Assembly: GCA_965248835.1 (NCBI GenBank)
Contig: CBDFLJ010000002.1
Location: 864,001 to 928,000 of the forward strand
Direction of reading: 5' to 3'
Source of the DNA: Alphaproteobacteria bacterium
GTDB taxonomy: Bacteria; Pseudomonadota; Alphaproteobacteria; MPNO01
Length of the DNA stretch: 64,000 bases
Shown: piece by piece, positions 1 through 9,989 of the stretch
How the letters are laid out: each line of letters begins with the position of its first letter
Numbering within the stretch: position 1 is the first letter of the stretch
Program-made: the position numbers and the translations under genes
The notes under the pieces: model-generated
Told to the model about the DNA's origin: nothing
Database searches by the model: none
The model's input: only the letters and a program-made list of their open reading frames with translations

Positions 1-2926
1 CAGTCGTCGTGGAAGGAAACGGCAAAAAGCGTGTCTATGTGGCCGCACAACGTCTCTACAGCATCTACTACAAGCTGCGGCGTGAACGCGACGAGGCAGC
101 CGTCGTCCGCAACCTGATTCGCTTCATGGCGGTGTTCTACACCGATGATGAACTGACCGAGATGGCAGGACAGCTGCGTCGGGAGGCCGTGCAGTCGCCA
201 ATCTTCCGTGAGGGAATTGAGCAGGCGATAGCGGAGACGCCGCAAATCAGCCGTATCTTCGCCCACGAGGAATGGCAGGCCATCAGTTCGGCATCCGAGC
301 GAGCCATGGCTATAGGCGACAAAGGCGCCAAGCTGAATTTCCGCGAGACTATAGGCGAAGCCGACGAGACGGGAGACCGGCAAGTCACCGAGTTCTTGGA
401 CCGAGGGTTGGCTTCCCGGAGAGAGAGCTCACCGCACGCGCCGGAACCGGCCACGGCGCCGGTTCTATGGCGAAGAGCACTTGCGCATAGGAACCGTGGA
501 GAGCACGAAGCCGAAATTGCAACCTATGACCAAATCGTCGCACTCATTGGAGACAGCGGCGTCCCCGAGCTTCAGGTGCTGGTCGCCGAGGCGTTGGTCA
601 ACAAGGGAGTCACGCAAGGACAGCTCGGCGACGCCCAGGCGGAGATGGCCGCCTACGACGCGGTGGCCGTCCGATTTGGAGACAGCGACGTCCCCGAGCT
701 TCAGGTGCAGGTCGCCGCGGCGTTGGTCAACAAGGGAGCCACGCAAGAAGAGCTCGGCGACGTTCAGGCGGCGATGGCCGCCTACGACGCGGTGGCCGCC
801 CGATTTGGAGACAGCGACGCCCCCGAGATTCAGGTGCTGGTCGCCAAGGCGTTGTCAACAAGGGAGCCACGCAAGGACAGCTCGGCGACGCCCAGGCGGA
901 GATGGCCGCCTACGACGCGGTGGCCGTCCGATTTGGAGACAGCGACGTCCCCGAGCTTCAGGTGCTGGTCGCCGAGGCGTTGGTCACGCAAGGACAGCTC
1001 GGCAAGGGACGACGCGGTCGATTTGGAGACGCAAGGAGCTTCAAGCTCGGCGACGCTCCAGGCGGCGATGGCCACCTACGACGCGGTGGCCGCCCGATTT
1101 GGAGACAGCGACGTCCCCGAGCTTCAGGTGAAGTCGCCAAGGCGTTGTTCAACAAGGGAGTCACGCAAGGACAGCTCGGCGACGCCCAGGCGGAGATGGC
1201 CACCTACGGCGCGGTGGCCGCCCGATTTGGAGACAGCGATGTCCCCGAGCTTCAGGTGCAGGTCGCCGCGCGTTGGTCAACAAGGGAGTCACGCAAGGAC
1301 AGCTCGGCGACGCCCAGGCGGCGATGGCCACTTGCGACGCGGTGGCCGCCCGATTTGGAGACAGCGATGTCCCCGAGCTTCAGGTGGAAGTCGCCAAGGC
1401 GTTGTTCAACAAGGGAGTCACGCAAAGAGAGCTCCTCGGCGACGCCCATGCGGCGATGGCCGCCTTCGACGCGGTGGCCGCCCGATTTGGAGACAGCGAT
1501 GTCCCCGAGCTTCAGGTGCAGGTCGCCAAGGCGTTGTTCAACAAGGGAGTCACGCAAAGAGAGCTCCTCGGCGACGGCGATGGCCACCTACGACGCGGTG
1601 GCCGAGCGATTTGGAGACAGCGATGTCCCCGAGCTTCAGGTGGAAGTCGCCAAGGCGTTGTTCAACAAGGGAGTCACGCAAAGAGAGCTCGGCGACGCCC
1701 AGGCGGCGATGGCCGCCTTCGACGCGGTGGCCGCCCGATTTGGAGACAGCGATGTCCCTGAGCTTCAGGTGGAGGTCGCCAAGGCGTTGTTCAACAAGGG
1801 AGTCACGCAAAGAGAGCTCCTCGGCGACGCCCAGGCGGAGATGGCCACCTACGACGCGGTGGCCGAGCGATTTGGAGACAGCGATGTCCCCGAGCTTCAG
1901 GCGCAGGTCGCCAAGGCGTTGTTCAACAAGGGAGTCACGCAAGGACAGCTCGGCGACGCCCATGCGGCGATGGCCGCCTTCGACGCGGTGGCCGCCCGAT
2001 TTGGAGACAGCGACGTCCCCGAGCTTCAGGTGGAGGTCGCCAAGGCGTTGTTCAACAAGGGAGTCACGCAAAGAGAGCTCCTCGGCGACGCCCAGGCGGA
2101 GATGGCCACCTACGACGCGGTGGCCGAGCGATTTGGAGACAGCGATGTCCCCGAGCTTCAGGCGCAGGTCGCCAAGGCGTTGTTCAACAAGGGAGTCACG
2201 CAAGGACAGCTCGGCGACGCCCATGCGGCGATGGCCGCCTTCGACGCGGTGGCCGCCCGATTTGGAGACAGCGACGTCCCCGAGCTTCAGGTGCAGGTCG
2301 CCGCGGCGTTGGTCGGCAAGGGAGTCACGCAAGGACAGCTTGGCGACGCCCATGCGGCGATGGCCGCCTTCGACGCGGTGGCCGCCCGATTTAGAGACAG
2401 CGATGTCCTTCAGCTTCAGATGCTGGTGGCCAACGCGTTGGTCAACAAGGCTGAAGCGGAAATCCGGCTCGGCCGCACGGAAGAAGCTCTACATACTTGT
2501 GAGCAAGTTGAACGAAGAGCGGACGTCTTGGCCGGAATCGAGAAAGGTGCGTTGGAACGACGAGCGCGGTGGGTTAGGACCAGGGCTCTCCTCTTGCTGG
2601 AACAACACACAGAGGCCATGGATGTGTTCCGCTCGGTTTACGCTGTGTTCGTCCCTGGCGAAGACACCATGGTGAGTGAGATGTTGGAGCAGGTCCCCAA
2701 CCTGATCGCAGCCGGGGCATCCGAGCGCGACTTGGTCGGCGTCCTGTCCAGTGAAAGTGAAAAGACCGATGCGCTGATGCCGTTGGTGGTGGCGCTGCGG
2801 CAGCGTGCTGGCGAGGTGGTCCGGGCACCGGTTGAAGTGCTGGAGATCGCGGCGGATATCCGCAGGGAAATCGAAACGAAGTTGGGCTCCGGCGACGACG
2901 CCTCTCCTGGCGCATCGTCCGCGTGA
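1..2926 (+). CDS. Large TPR-like repeat protein, 5'-truncated by the window edge and frameshifted within the repeat array (probably C-terminal part of an ATPase/wHTH-TPR protein)
   Basis: The frame is open from the window start (..RLYSIYYKLRR..). The 43-aa helical repeat GDSDVPELQVxVAxALxNKGVTQxxLGDAxAxMAxYDAVAxRF is split across ORFs 9..2675, 1273..1761 and 902..2926. A unique C-terminus ends at TGA 2926. Confidence 0.75.
549..2450 (+). repeat. Coding tandem repeat, about 15 units of 129/132 bp
   Basis: The GGAGACAGC anchor (or a close variant) recurs at 549, 678, 807, 935, (1025), 1101, 1229, 1357, 1489, 1613, 1742, 1874, 2003, 2135, 2264 and 2393. Confidence 0.95.
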
Positions 2927-3044
2927 CACGTCTGCGGGGTCAGGGCAACCGCGTTCGCCGTGCCGAACGCGATAGAGGCGTTCGATCTCGACTCACAAAT
3001 GATGGTCGTGAGCGCCGTTCAGGCGCAAGCGCGGACTGACGGGC

Positions 3045-3215
3045 CGGCGGCAGGCCGGTCATGTTCTGAAGATGCGCCTTGCCGATCAGTGCGGTGCGGT
3101 AGCCGGCATCGCGCAGCAGATGAACGAAGGTGGTCGAATTCAGCGGCAGCGGCAGGCCGTTATGGCGCACCCTGTCGAGCGAGGGCATGCGCCCGATCAT
3201 CAGGCTCGCGCGGTT
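3045..3215 (-). pseudogene. Sulfatase internal fragment
   Basis: NRASLMIGRMPS..VRHNGLPL..TFVHLLRDAGYRTALIGKAHL matches the region after the sulfatase CxPxR motif and the GY.T..IGK.H signature. There is no catalytic Cys, start or C-terminus. Confidence 0.7.
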
Positions 3216-3342
3216 GGACGGACCGTCCGCCGCTCGGAAGATTTCAAACTGAGACACTACCAAACCCCGGCGTCGCGTTGCCCATGCCGGCGGCGCGATG
3301 CTACCGTCCGCCGGTCCGGAGCGGAAACCCAGGGATCGGCTT

Positions 3343-4989
3343 ATGCCTTGCGCGCCCATCGTGATCGTCGGCGGGGGCCCCGTCGGCATGGTGCTGGCGA
3401 TGAACCTCGCCGTGTTCGGCGTGCGCACGGTCATCGTCAACATCGAGCCGAGCTCGCGCTGGCACCCCAAGGGCAACACCCACAACGCCCGGACGATGGA
3501 GCATTACCGCCGGCTCGGCATCGCCCGTGCCGTCCGCCGGGTGGGGCTGCCGGCCGATCACCCGACGGATGTCGGGTATTTCACCACGCTCGACGGCTGG
3601 GAGATCGCCCGCCTGCCGATGCCGTCCGAGGCGCGCAAGATCGCCGCGCGCGACGCCGCCGCGGCGACCGATCAGGTCCCGGAGCCTCTGTTCCGGGCCA
3701 ACCAGATGTATGTCGAAGCGGAGCTCTTCCGCCATATCCAGACCATCGAGGCGATCGTTCCCCGCTATGGATGGCGCTGCGTCGAGATCGCCGAGACCGG
3801 CGACGGATTCGAGGTGGCGATCGAGGAGGCGGACTCCGGACGGGTCGAGCGGTTGGACTGCTCCTATGTCGTCGGCTGCGACGGCGGGCGCAGCTTCGTC
3901 AGGCGCTGGCTCGGCATCTCCTATTCCGGCGACCGGCCGCGCGCCCAGCTTTACGGCAGCGGTGCGACGGTCGCCACGCACCTGCGCGCACCGGCGCTCT
4001 ACGAGCGCGGCATCCTCCAGCGGCACTGCTGGCAGTACTGGACGGTCAATTCCGAGGTGCGGGCCAATCTGGTGACGCTCGACGGCGAAGGCGATTTCCT
4101 GTTCAGCACCCGCATCGGCAGCATCGACGAGCCGCCCGATCCGGCCTATATCGCTTCCCGGTTCCGCCGCAGCGTCGGCCAGGACGTCCCGTTCGAATTC
4201 ATCGGCCACTGGCCCTGGACGGCCGGCCACGCGCTGGTCGCGGACTCCTTCGGCCGCGGCCGCGTCTGGCTCGCCGGCGACGCGGTGCACCTGTTCACGC
4301 CGACCGGCGGGTTCGGCATGAACACCGGCATCGACGATGCCGCCAATCTGGGATGGAAGCTCGCGGCGGCGGTGCAGGGCTGGGGCGGCCCCGACCTGCT
4401 GGAGAGCTACGCGGTCGAGCGCCGGGCGATCGCCTTGCGCAACACCGGCATGGCCAAGCGGTTCTCGCTCAGGCTCGCCGACGTGCCGGCGCCGCCCGAG
4501 ATCACCGAGGATTCGACGGTAGGCGAGACCGCGCGCGCCGAAGCGGCCGCCATTCTCTCGACCCTGGGGGAGGAGTTCGCCTCGATCGGCACCCAGCTCG
4601 GCGCGCGCTACGACGGCTCGCCGATCATCGCCGCCGACGGGACCGCGCCGCCGCCCGACGATCACGTCGTCTACACCCCGAGCGCGTGCCCCGGCGGCCG
4701 CGCGCCGCATCTGTTCCTGCCCGACCGCAGCTCGCTGTTCGATCGTTTCGGGCCGGGCTTCACGCTGTTGCGGATCGGCGGCAGGCTCGATGCGCGGCCC
4801 TTCGCGGCCGCGGCCGAAGCGCGCGGCATCCCGCTTGCGCTCCGCGATGTCGAGGCGCCCGAGGCGCGCGAGCTCTACGGCGCCGATCTCGCGCTGATCC
4901 GTCCGGACCAGCATGTCGCCTGGCGCGGCGACCGGGCCCCCGACGACGTCGGCGCGCTGCTCGCCCGCGTCACCGGACACCGGTCCTAG
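3343..4989 (+). CDS. FAD-dependent monooxygenase (PheA/TfdB-like aromatic hydroxylase)
   Basis: GGGPVG Rossmann motif, GCDGGRS, LAGDAVH..PTGGFGMNTGI.DA.NLGWKL, and C-terminal LIRPDQHVAWR. Confidence 0.9.
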   Translation: MPCAPIVIVGGGPVGMVLAMNLAVFGVRTVIVNIEPSSRWHPKGNTHNARTMEHYRRLGIARAVRRVGLPADHPTDVGYFTTLDGWEIARLPMPSEARKIAARDAAAATDQVPEPLFRANQMYVEAELFRHIQTIEAIVPRYGWRCVEIAETGDGFEVAIEEADSGRVERLDCSYVVGCDGGRSFVRRWLGISYSGDRPRAQLYGSGATVATHLRAPALYERGILQRHCWQYWTVNSEVRANLVTLDGEGDFLFSTRIGSIDEPPDPAYIASRFRRSVGQDVPFEFIGHWPWTAGHALVADSFGRGRVWLAGDAVHLFTPTGGFGMNTGIDDAANLGWKLAAAVQGWGGPDLLESYAVERRAIALRNTGMAKRFSLRLADVPAPPEITEDSTVGETARAEAAAILSTLGEEFASIGTQLGARYDGSPIIAADGTAPPPDDHVVYTPSACPGGRAPHLFLPDRSSLFDRFGPGFTLLRIGGRLDARPFAAAAEARGIPLALRDVEAPEARELYGADLALIRPDQHVAWRGDRAPDDVGALLARVTGHRS

Positions 4990-5030
4990 CGCCCGGCCTG
5001 CGCGAGACCGGCCAGGGCAGTGCGGGCTGG

Positions 5031-6206
5031 TCAGGCGAGGATCATGTCGGGCACCGCGAGGTTCTTCCTCGACGGCAGCGTGCGGCAGCCTTCCCGCTGG
5101 GCGCGGAATTCCTCGGCGAACAGGCGGCGGACCTTGAGCACCTCCTGGTCGGGATGGAACAGGAACTCGTCGGCCCGCGACTCGACGAGGCCGCCGAGCT
5201 GCTCGACCAGCGCCCGGTCCTCGCCGTTCACGTGGCGCTGCCGCGGCCCGACGATCTCGTCGAAGAACTTCGCGCACTGCGCGCGCTCCTCGTCGTTGGC
5301 GGCGCGCATGGCGATGAACCGCACGGAAAGCGTGTGCGTCGCGTCGACCGGCACCTGGTAGTGGCGCCCGACATAGGGCGGCACGCCCGGCACCGGCCGG
5401 ATCGGAATGGTGTTGAGCGCCGGCAGCGAAACGTGGTCGCCCTGCCAGTCGCCGAGGAAATGCCCATGATGGATCTGCTTGCCGGTCGGGTCGTAGGCGA
5501 CCCCCCGCAGCCCCTGCGGCGTCTCTATGAGCTTCATGCGGCGGTCTTCGATCGGCACCCCGGCCTGCCTGGGCCGCCCGCTTCCCTTGTACGCCTCGCT
5601 CGCCACGGCCTGGGACTCGGTGTGCAGCATCACCGCGTGATACGGGTCCACGCCGTCGAACGCCTGGAGCCAGTTGCACTTCCAGATCTCGTCGGGGTGG
5701 CGGAATACGGCGAACTGATCGGCCCGCGTCAGCTCCTCGGGCACGCTCTCTTCGAGCGGCGGAACCGGGAACTGCCCGGCGTCGCCGATATAGGCCCAGA
5801 TCTCGCCGGCAAGCTCCCCGGCCGGATAGGCGATGACGCCGACCTCGTCCAGCAGCTTGCTGTCTTCGGCTTCCCACGGGATCAGCGTGCAGCGCCCCGC
5901 GCCGTCGAAGCGCAGGCCGTGCCAGCGGCACTGCAGGTCGCCTGCGAGCACTCGGCCCTGGGACAGCCTGGCCGCCCGGTGAGGACACTTGTCGCGCACG
6001 ATGCAGGGCCGGCCGGACGCGTCGCGCCACGCGACCAGCCTCTCGCCCAGCGCGGTGAACCCGGTCGGCGCGTCCGCGGCGACCTTCCCCGACTCGATGA
6101 CCGGATACCAGTAGTTCCGCAAGCCGAGCTCGAGCCCTTGCGGGACATCGCGGGCAATTTCGCCAACGCCGGAGTCTTTGGCCTTGCGCTGCCGGGCCTC
6201 GTCCAT
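5031..6206 (-). CDS. Rieske non-heme iron oxygenase, alpha-only (VanA/phthalate-type)
   Basis: LRNYWYPV, CPHR..CRWHG Rieske ligands and the D-PYH-x4-H iron motif. Confidence 0.88.
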   Translation of the reverse strand: MDEARQRKAKDSGVGEIARDVPQGLELGLRNYWYPVIESGKVAADAPTGFTALGERLVAWRDASGRPCIVRDKCPHRAARLSQGRVLAGDLQCRWHGLRFDGAGRCTLIPWEAEDSKLLDEVGVIAYPAGELAGEIWAYIGDAGQFPVPPLEESVPEELTRADQFAVFRHPDEIWKCNWLQAFDGVDPYHAVMLHTESQAVASEAYKGSGRPRQAGVPIEDRRMKLIETPQGLRGVAYDPTGKQIHHGHFLGDWQGDHVSLPALNTIPIRPVPGVPPYVGRHYQVPVDATHTLSVRFIAMRAANDEERAQCAKFFDEIVGPRQRHVNGEDRALVEQLGGLVESRADEFLFHPDQEVLKVRRLFAEEFRAQREGCRTLPSRKNLAVPDMILA

Positions 6207-6344
6207 CACAGGCTCCTTCCCTGGCGTCGTCCGCAAAAAAATCTCACCGCGCCCGGCCGGTGTCAATCGACGCCCCGGCGCCGCTCGCGCCCCCCGGCCC
6301 CCGGAGCCTGTGCGGGGGCGCCGGCACACCGGCCAGGCTAGGGC

Positions 6345-7361
6345 CTAATACCCCAGTATCTTCTTGAGCCGCGCCACGGTCTCCTCGGCGGTGGTCGCGA
6401 TCTCGTCGGCCAGCTTCTGTTGCGTCTGCCAGGAGACCGGCCGGAGCGGCAGGCCGCGCTTGCTCGCGTCGGCGACGAAGGCGGGGTCGGCCAGCGTCTT
6501 CGTGTAGGCGCCGCGAAGGGCGGCGAGCCGATCCTTCGGAATGTCGCCGAACGCCACCCAGGCCCGGCCGAGCGCCGCCGTCGCGGTCAGCAGCTTGACG
6601 ACGGCGCGGTCCTCATCGGACTCCAGCAGCTCGCCGAGCGCCGGCACGCCGGCAAGAGCGGGCTCGCGTTCGGATGTGATCGTGACCAGGCTGACGACCA
6701 TGTCTCTGGCGATCCACGACTTCTTGGTCCCGGTGATCGACGCCCACGAGGCCGCGCGGCCGTGCACCTCGCCGTTCTCCATCGCCTGGTGCATGATGCC
6801 GAGGCCGCGATAGCCGCCGATGATCTTGAACTTCGTGCCCAGCAGGGCGTTGAGCAGGGTGGGGACCATGTAGGTCTGGCCGCCTCTGCCCGCCGAAGCC
6901 AGCACGACCTCCTTGCGCTTGGCGTCGTCCAACGAGGCGATGCCGCTGGACTTCATCACCGTGACGGCGACGAAGGGCACGTCGGCGCCGCCGAGATAGT
7001 GCGCCTTGGCGGCGTCGTACTTGACGCCCTTGACCCCGATGCGGGCGTTGAACACCAGGTCCTGCAGCGGGACGCCGATGTTGGTGCCGTCGGCGGCGGT
7101 GGCGTTGTAGAGATAGTTCATCGCCTTGTTGCCGCCCGCCCCCGGCATGAACTGGATGGCGACCTTGGGGTGGCCGGGGATGAACTTGCCGATATGGTGC
7201 CTGATGAGCTGGGCATAGGCGCCGTGCGAGCCGCCCGCACCGCCCGAGCTGAAGACGGTAACCGTCTTGCCTTCGTAAAACTCCGACACCGAATCCGCGA
7301 GCGCCGGAACCGTCCACAACAACGACGCCGACGCCAGTCCCAGAACGATATGTCGATTCAC
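6345..7361 (-). CDS. Tripartite tricarboxylate transporter (Bug/TctC family) substrate-binding protein
   Basis: Signal peptide, FYEGKTV, GG..YA.LI.HI...IPG.P, MPGAGG..A.NYL, GY.G...A.E.GEV. Confidence 0.85.
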   Translation of the reverse strand: MNRHIVLGLASASLLWTVPALADSVSEFYEGKTVTVFSSGGAGGSHGAYAQLIRHHIGKFIPGHPKVAIQFMPGAGGNKAMNYLYNATAADGTNIGVPLQDLVFNARIGVKGVKYDAAKAHYLGGADVPFVAVTVMKSSGIASLDDAKRKEVVLASAGRGGQTYMVPTLLNALLGTKFKIIGGYRGLGIMHQAMENGEVHGRAASWASITGTKKSWIARDMVVSLVTITSEREPALAGVPALGELLESDEDRAVVKLLTATAALGRAWVAFGDIPKDRLAALRGAYTKTLADPAFVADASKRGLPLRPVSWQTQQKLADEIATTAEETVARLKKILGY

Positions 7362-7621
7362 CGCTCCATCCTCCCTTTTATGTTCAGACCGCCGGTTTTC
7401 CCCTGGTCACGCATCTTGCGCGCCCGCATGCGCATGGACAAGGAGCGCGTGCGTTGCAGCGTTTTCCGCACCGGCGGCATTCCCGGTCGCGGGGGCGCTG
7501 CTCCGCTGCGGTGACGCGGACCGGCAACTTTCGCCGGCTTTCGGAACCATAGCCGACGGCTGGACCGGGACCGCCGCGGACGGGGCGGCACGCTGGTCTT
7601 GCCCGAGATCGCCGCCGATCC

Positions 7622-7810
7622 CGCCGAAGTGCAGTTCACCGGACACGGCAACAGGTCGTATTCGGCAAGGAAATCACGCCATTTCCGCTCCATCCGCCGG
7701 CGTTGTTCGTCGAAACCCTGCCAGTCGCGGTGAAACGGCGCCACGCCGCGCAGCATGCGCGCCATTTGCCGTCATCGTCGGCCTCGCGCGCCGCAAGATC
7801 GGCGGCGGCC
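7622..7810 (-). pseudogene. Amidase (AS family) C-terminal fragment
   Basis: HRDW..DEQRRRM.RKW.DFLAEYDLL.CPV resembles the amidase C-terminal 'F..YD.LL.P' segment. It is frameshifted, with no full ORF. Confidence 0.5.
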
Positions 7811-7985
7811 GCCCCCGGCATCCACCACGACTTGGGAATTGCAGGTTCAGGCAACAACGCACAATCAATACGCTGTCGCCGGGTTTGGCAGTTCCGAGGG
7901 CTGGCCGGCGGATTCGCTTGACACAAACCTTGCGGGGTCTTTGGTTCGCGTGGACAACACCGTCATGGCAAGGGTGTGAGGTGGG

Positions 7986-9467
7986 ATGCCGAAGGACCTG
8001 CGCGGCTTCGTCGAGGCCAATACCGATTTGATCCTGCTTGTGCCGAGGACGGTCGCGCGGGAGCACCTGAGCGCGCTCATCGTCCAGGCCGGCCGGCCGG
8101 TGATGTTCGATGCGGTCGAAGGCTTTCCCGGATGGCGGGTTCTCGATCTTCTGTTCGTGGACCGCCGCGCGCAGGCGCGGGTCCTCGACACCACCACGGA
8201 CAACGTCCTTGCGTGCCTGGCAACCGCCCTGGACAAGCCGCCGGTGCCGACAAGGCTGGTCGATGCCGCGCCGCACCGGCAAAACATCCTGGCCGGCGAA
8301 AAGGCGGATCTTCTCGCCTTGCCGGGCTTCCGGCACGGCGAGAAGGACTCGGCGCCGGCCCTCATCGCGATGAATATCTGCCGCGAGCCGGATGCCGGCG
8401 CGGTCAACTTCTCGTTCACCCGGATGACCCCGATCGGCCCCCGCCGGGCGACCTATCTGATCGGCTCCTCGCCCCACCAGCGCGCCATCCTGGCGGCCTG
8501 GGAGGATCGCGGCGAGGCGATGCCGATGGCGTGTACGATCGGCACCCACCCGGCCTACGAGATCATGGCGTCCTACAGCGTGCCGAGCCACCTGGCGGAA
8601 TTCGGCGAGCTCGAGATGGTCGGAAACCTGATCGGCGAGGCCGTCGAGATGGTGCCCTGCCAGACCGTGCCGCTGGAAGTTCCCGCCCACGCCGAGGTGG
8701 TCATCGAAGGCTGGGTGCGGCCCGGCGTTCGCCACGACGACGGGCCCGGACCGTCGCAGGCGCTCTACTACCTGCCCGGCGCGAGCCAGCAGCCGGTGAT
8801 CGAAGTCAGTGCGATCACCCACCGCGACCGGCCCATACTGCGCCAGCACAACACGCTGATGTTCTCCGATCACCAGCCGCTGCTCAGCCTGCCGCACGAA
8901 GCACTGCTCTACGCCCGGCTGCGCGCCGACGGCCATGACGTGCGCGAGGTGTTCTACGTCCCCTGGGGCGGCACGCTCGCTTGTGTCGTCCAGATCGTGC
9001 CCCAATCCGACGGCGAGGTCCGCAATGTGCTGATGCGGACATTGGGCCAGCGCTGGCCCAATGCCAAGCTGGCGATTGCGATCGATGCCGACGTCGACAT
9101 CGGTTCGGCCGAGGACCTCGTCTGGTCGGTCTCCACACGGGTCGATCCGGGCCGCGACGTGTTCATCGTGCCCGAGGCGAAGGGCCATCCGATCGATCCC
9201 ACCGCGCGTCCGGCTGCGGGCGGGACGCGCAATGTCGTGACCGGCAAATGGGGCATCGATGCGACCCGGCCGCCGCTGAGCCGGCCCGAGGCGCGTGCGG
9301 TGTTCGAACGCACGCTGGCGCCGCACGGCAACGAGGTCCGCCTGGAGGATTTCCTCGACCAACGCCTCGGACCGCGGCGTCGTTATGTTCCGGCGCCTGT
9401 TGCGCGAGGCGATCAAAGCGATCGAGAAGGGCGAGGATCCACCCGGCACCTACCGCGATCCGTCTAA
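7986..9467 (+). CDS. UbiD-family (prFMN) decarboxylase, atypical active site, C-terminus extended by read-through
   Basis: DLRGF, DLL.LP, N.S..R, VPA.AEVVIEG, D.D.D..S.EDL.W...TRVDP.RD, K.GIDAT.P are UbiD hallmarks. The natural end looks like ..LEDFLD. Confidence 0.88.
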   Translation: MPKDLRGFVEANTDLILLVPRTVAREHLSALIVQAGRPVMFDAVEGFPGWRVLDLLFVDRRAQARVLDTTTDNVLACLATALDKPPVPTRLVDAAPHRQNILAGEKADLLALPGFRHGEKDSAPALIAMNICREPDAGAVNFSFTRMTPIGPRRATYLIGSSPHQRAILAAWEDRGEAMPMACTIGTHPAYEIMASYSVPSHLAEFGELEMVGNLIGEAVEMVPCQTVPLEVPAHAEVVIEGWVRPGVRHDDGPGPSQALYYLPGASQQPVIEVSAITHRDRPILRQHNTLMFSDHQPLLSLPHEALLYARLRADGHDVREVFYVPWGGTLACVVQIVPQSDGEVRNVLMRTLGQRWPNAKLAIAIDADVDIGSAEDLVWSVSTRVDPGRDVFIVPEAKGHPIDPTARPAAGGTRNVVTGKWGIDATRPPLSRPEARAVFERTLAPHGNEVRLEDFLDQRLGPRRRYVPAPVARGDQSDREGRGSTRHLPRSV

Positions 9468-9534
9468 CCGCATCGTGAAAAATCCGGCGCGAAATGCGAT
9501 CCTGCCGGCGGAAACGGAGGCATTGTCGGACTAA
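9361..9534 (+). pseudogene. C-terminal remnant of a Rieske oxygenase (phthalate/LigX-type) overlapping the ubiD end
   Basis: SDRGVVMFRRLLREAIKAIEKGEDPPG is the typical C-terminal helix of these oxygenases. Confidence 0.6.
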
Positions 9535-9555
9535 CCGGACAGGGCTCGTGACCCT

Positions 9556-9989
9556 GCAATCGGGCGCGGCACGGCCAAGCAGTGGATCAAGGAAGGCAAG
9601 AAGGCCGTCAAGTGGACACGCCTGTCGTGCCGCAAGTTCCGTCACAACGCCGTCCGGCTCCAACTCCACGCGCTCGCCTGCAATCGCAGCAACTTCATGC
9701 GGACACGCGCGCTGTCCGATTCAGTGGAGCAGTGGTCACGGACCACACTGCGCGAAAAGCTCGTAAAGATCGGCGCGAAGATCGTCCGCCACGGTCGCTA
9801 CATCGTCTTCCGGATGGCCGAGGGCGCTATCCCTCGTGACCTGTTCGCCGACATCCTCCGCCGGATCGATCGGTACAGCGCGACGCCCCTCCCGACATGA
9901 TCATGGTCGCAGAACCCATCGGACTTGCCCTTCGCGCGATTTCGAGCCACGCTCGACTTGGCTGAAGGGTGCCACATGGGAAATCCCGG
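9556..9989 (+). mobile_element. IS1380-family remnant (transposase 3' end plus right end)
   Basis: RGTAKQWIKEGK.AVKWTRLSCRKFRHNAVRLQLHALA..TLREKLVKIGAKIVRHGRY (9565-9900), followed by a terminal ATGGGAAATCCCGG ending at 9989. Confidence 0.85.

Noticed and set aside
549-2450. CRISPR array or DGR template/variable repeat
   Set aside because: The units are contiguous, codon-phased and have no unique spacers. Variation is not adenine-specific, and no cas or reverse transcriptase gene is in the window.
3072-6341. Long alternative ORFs (1089 aa, 909 aa; likewise 19006-21420, 24556-27330, 58573-60927 and others)
   Set aside because: Arg/Gly/Pro-rich shadow frames of GC-rich genes whose real frames carry clear family motifs.
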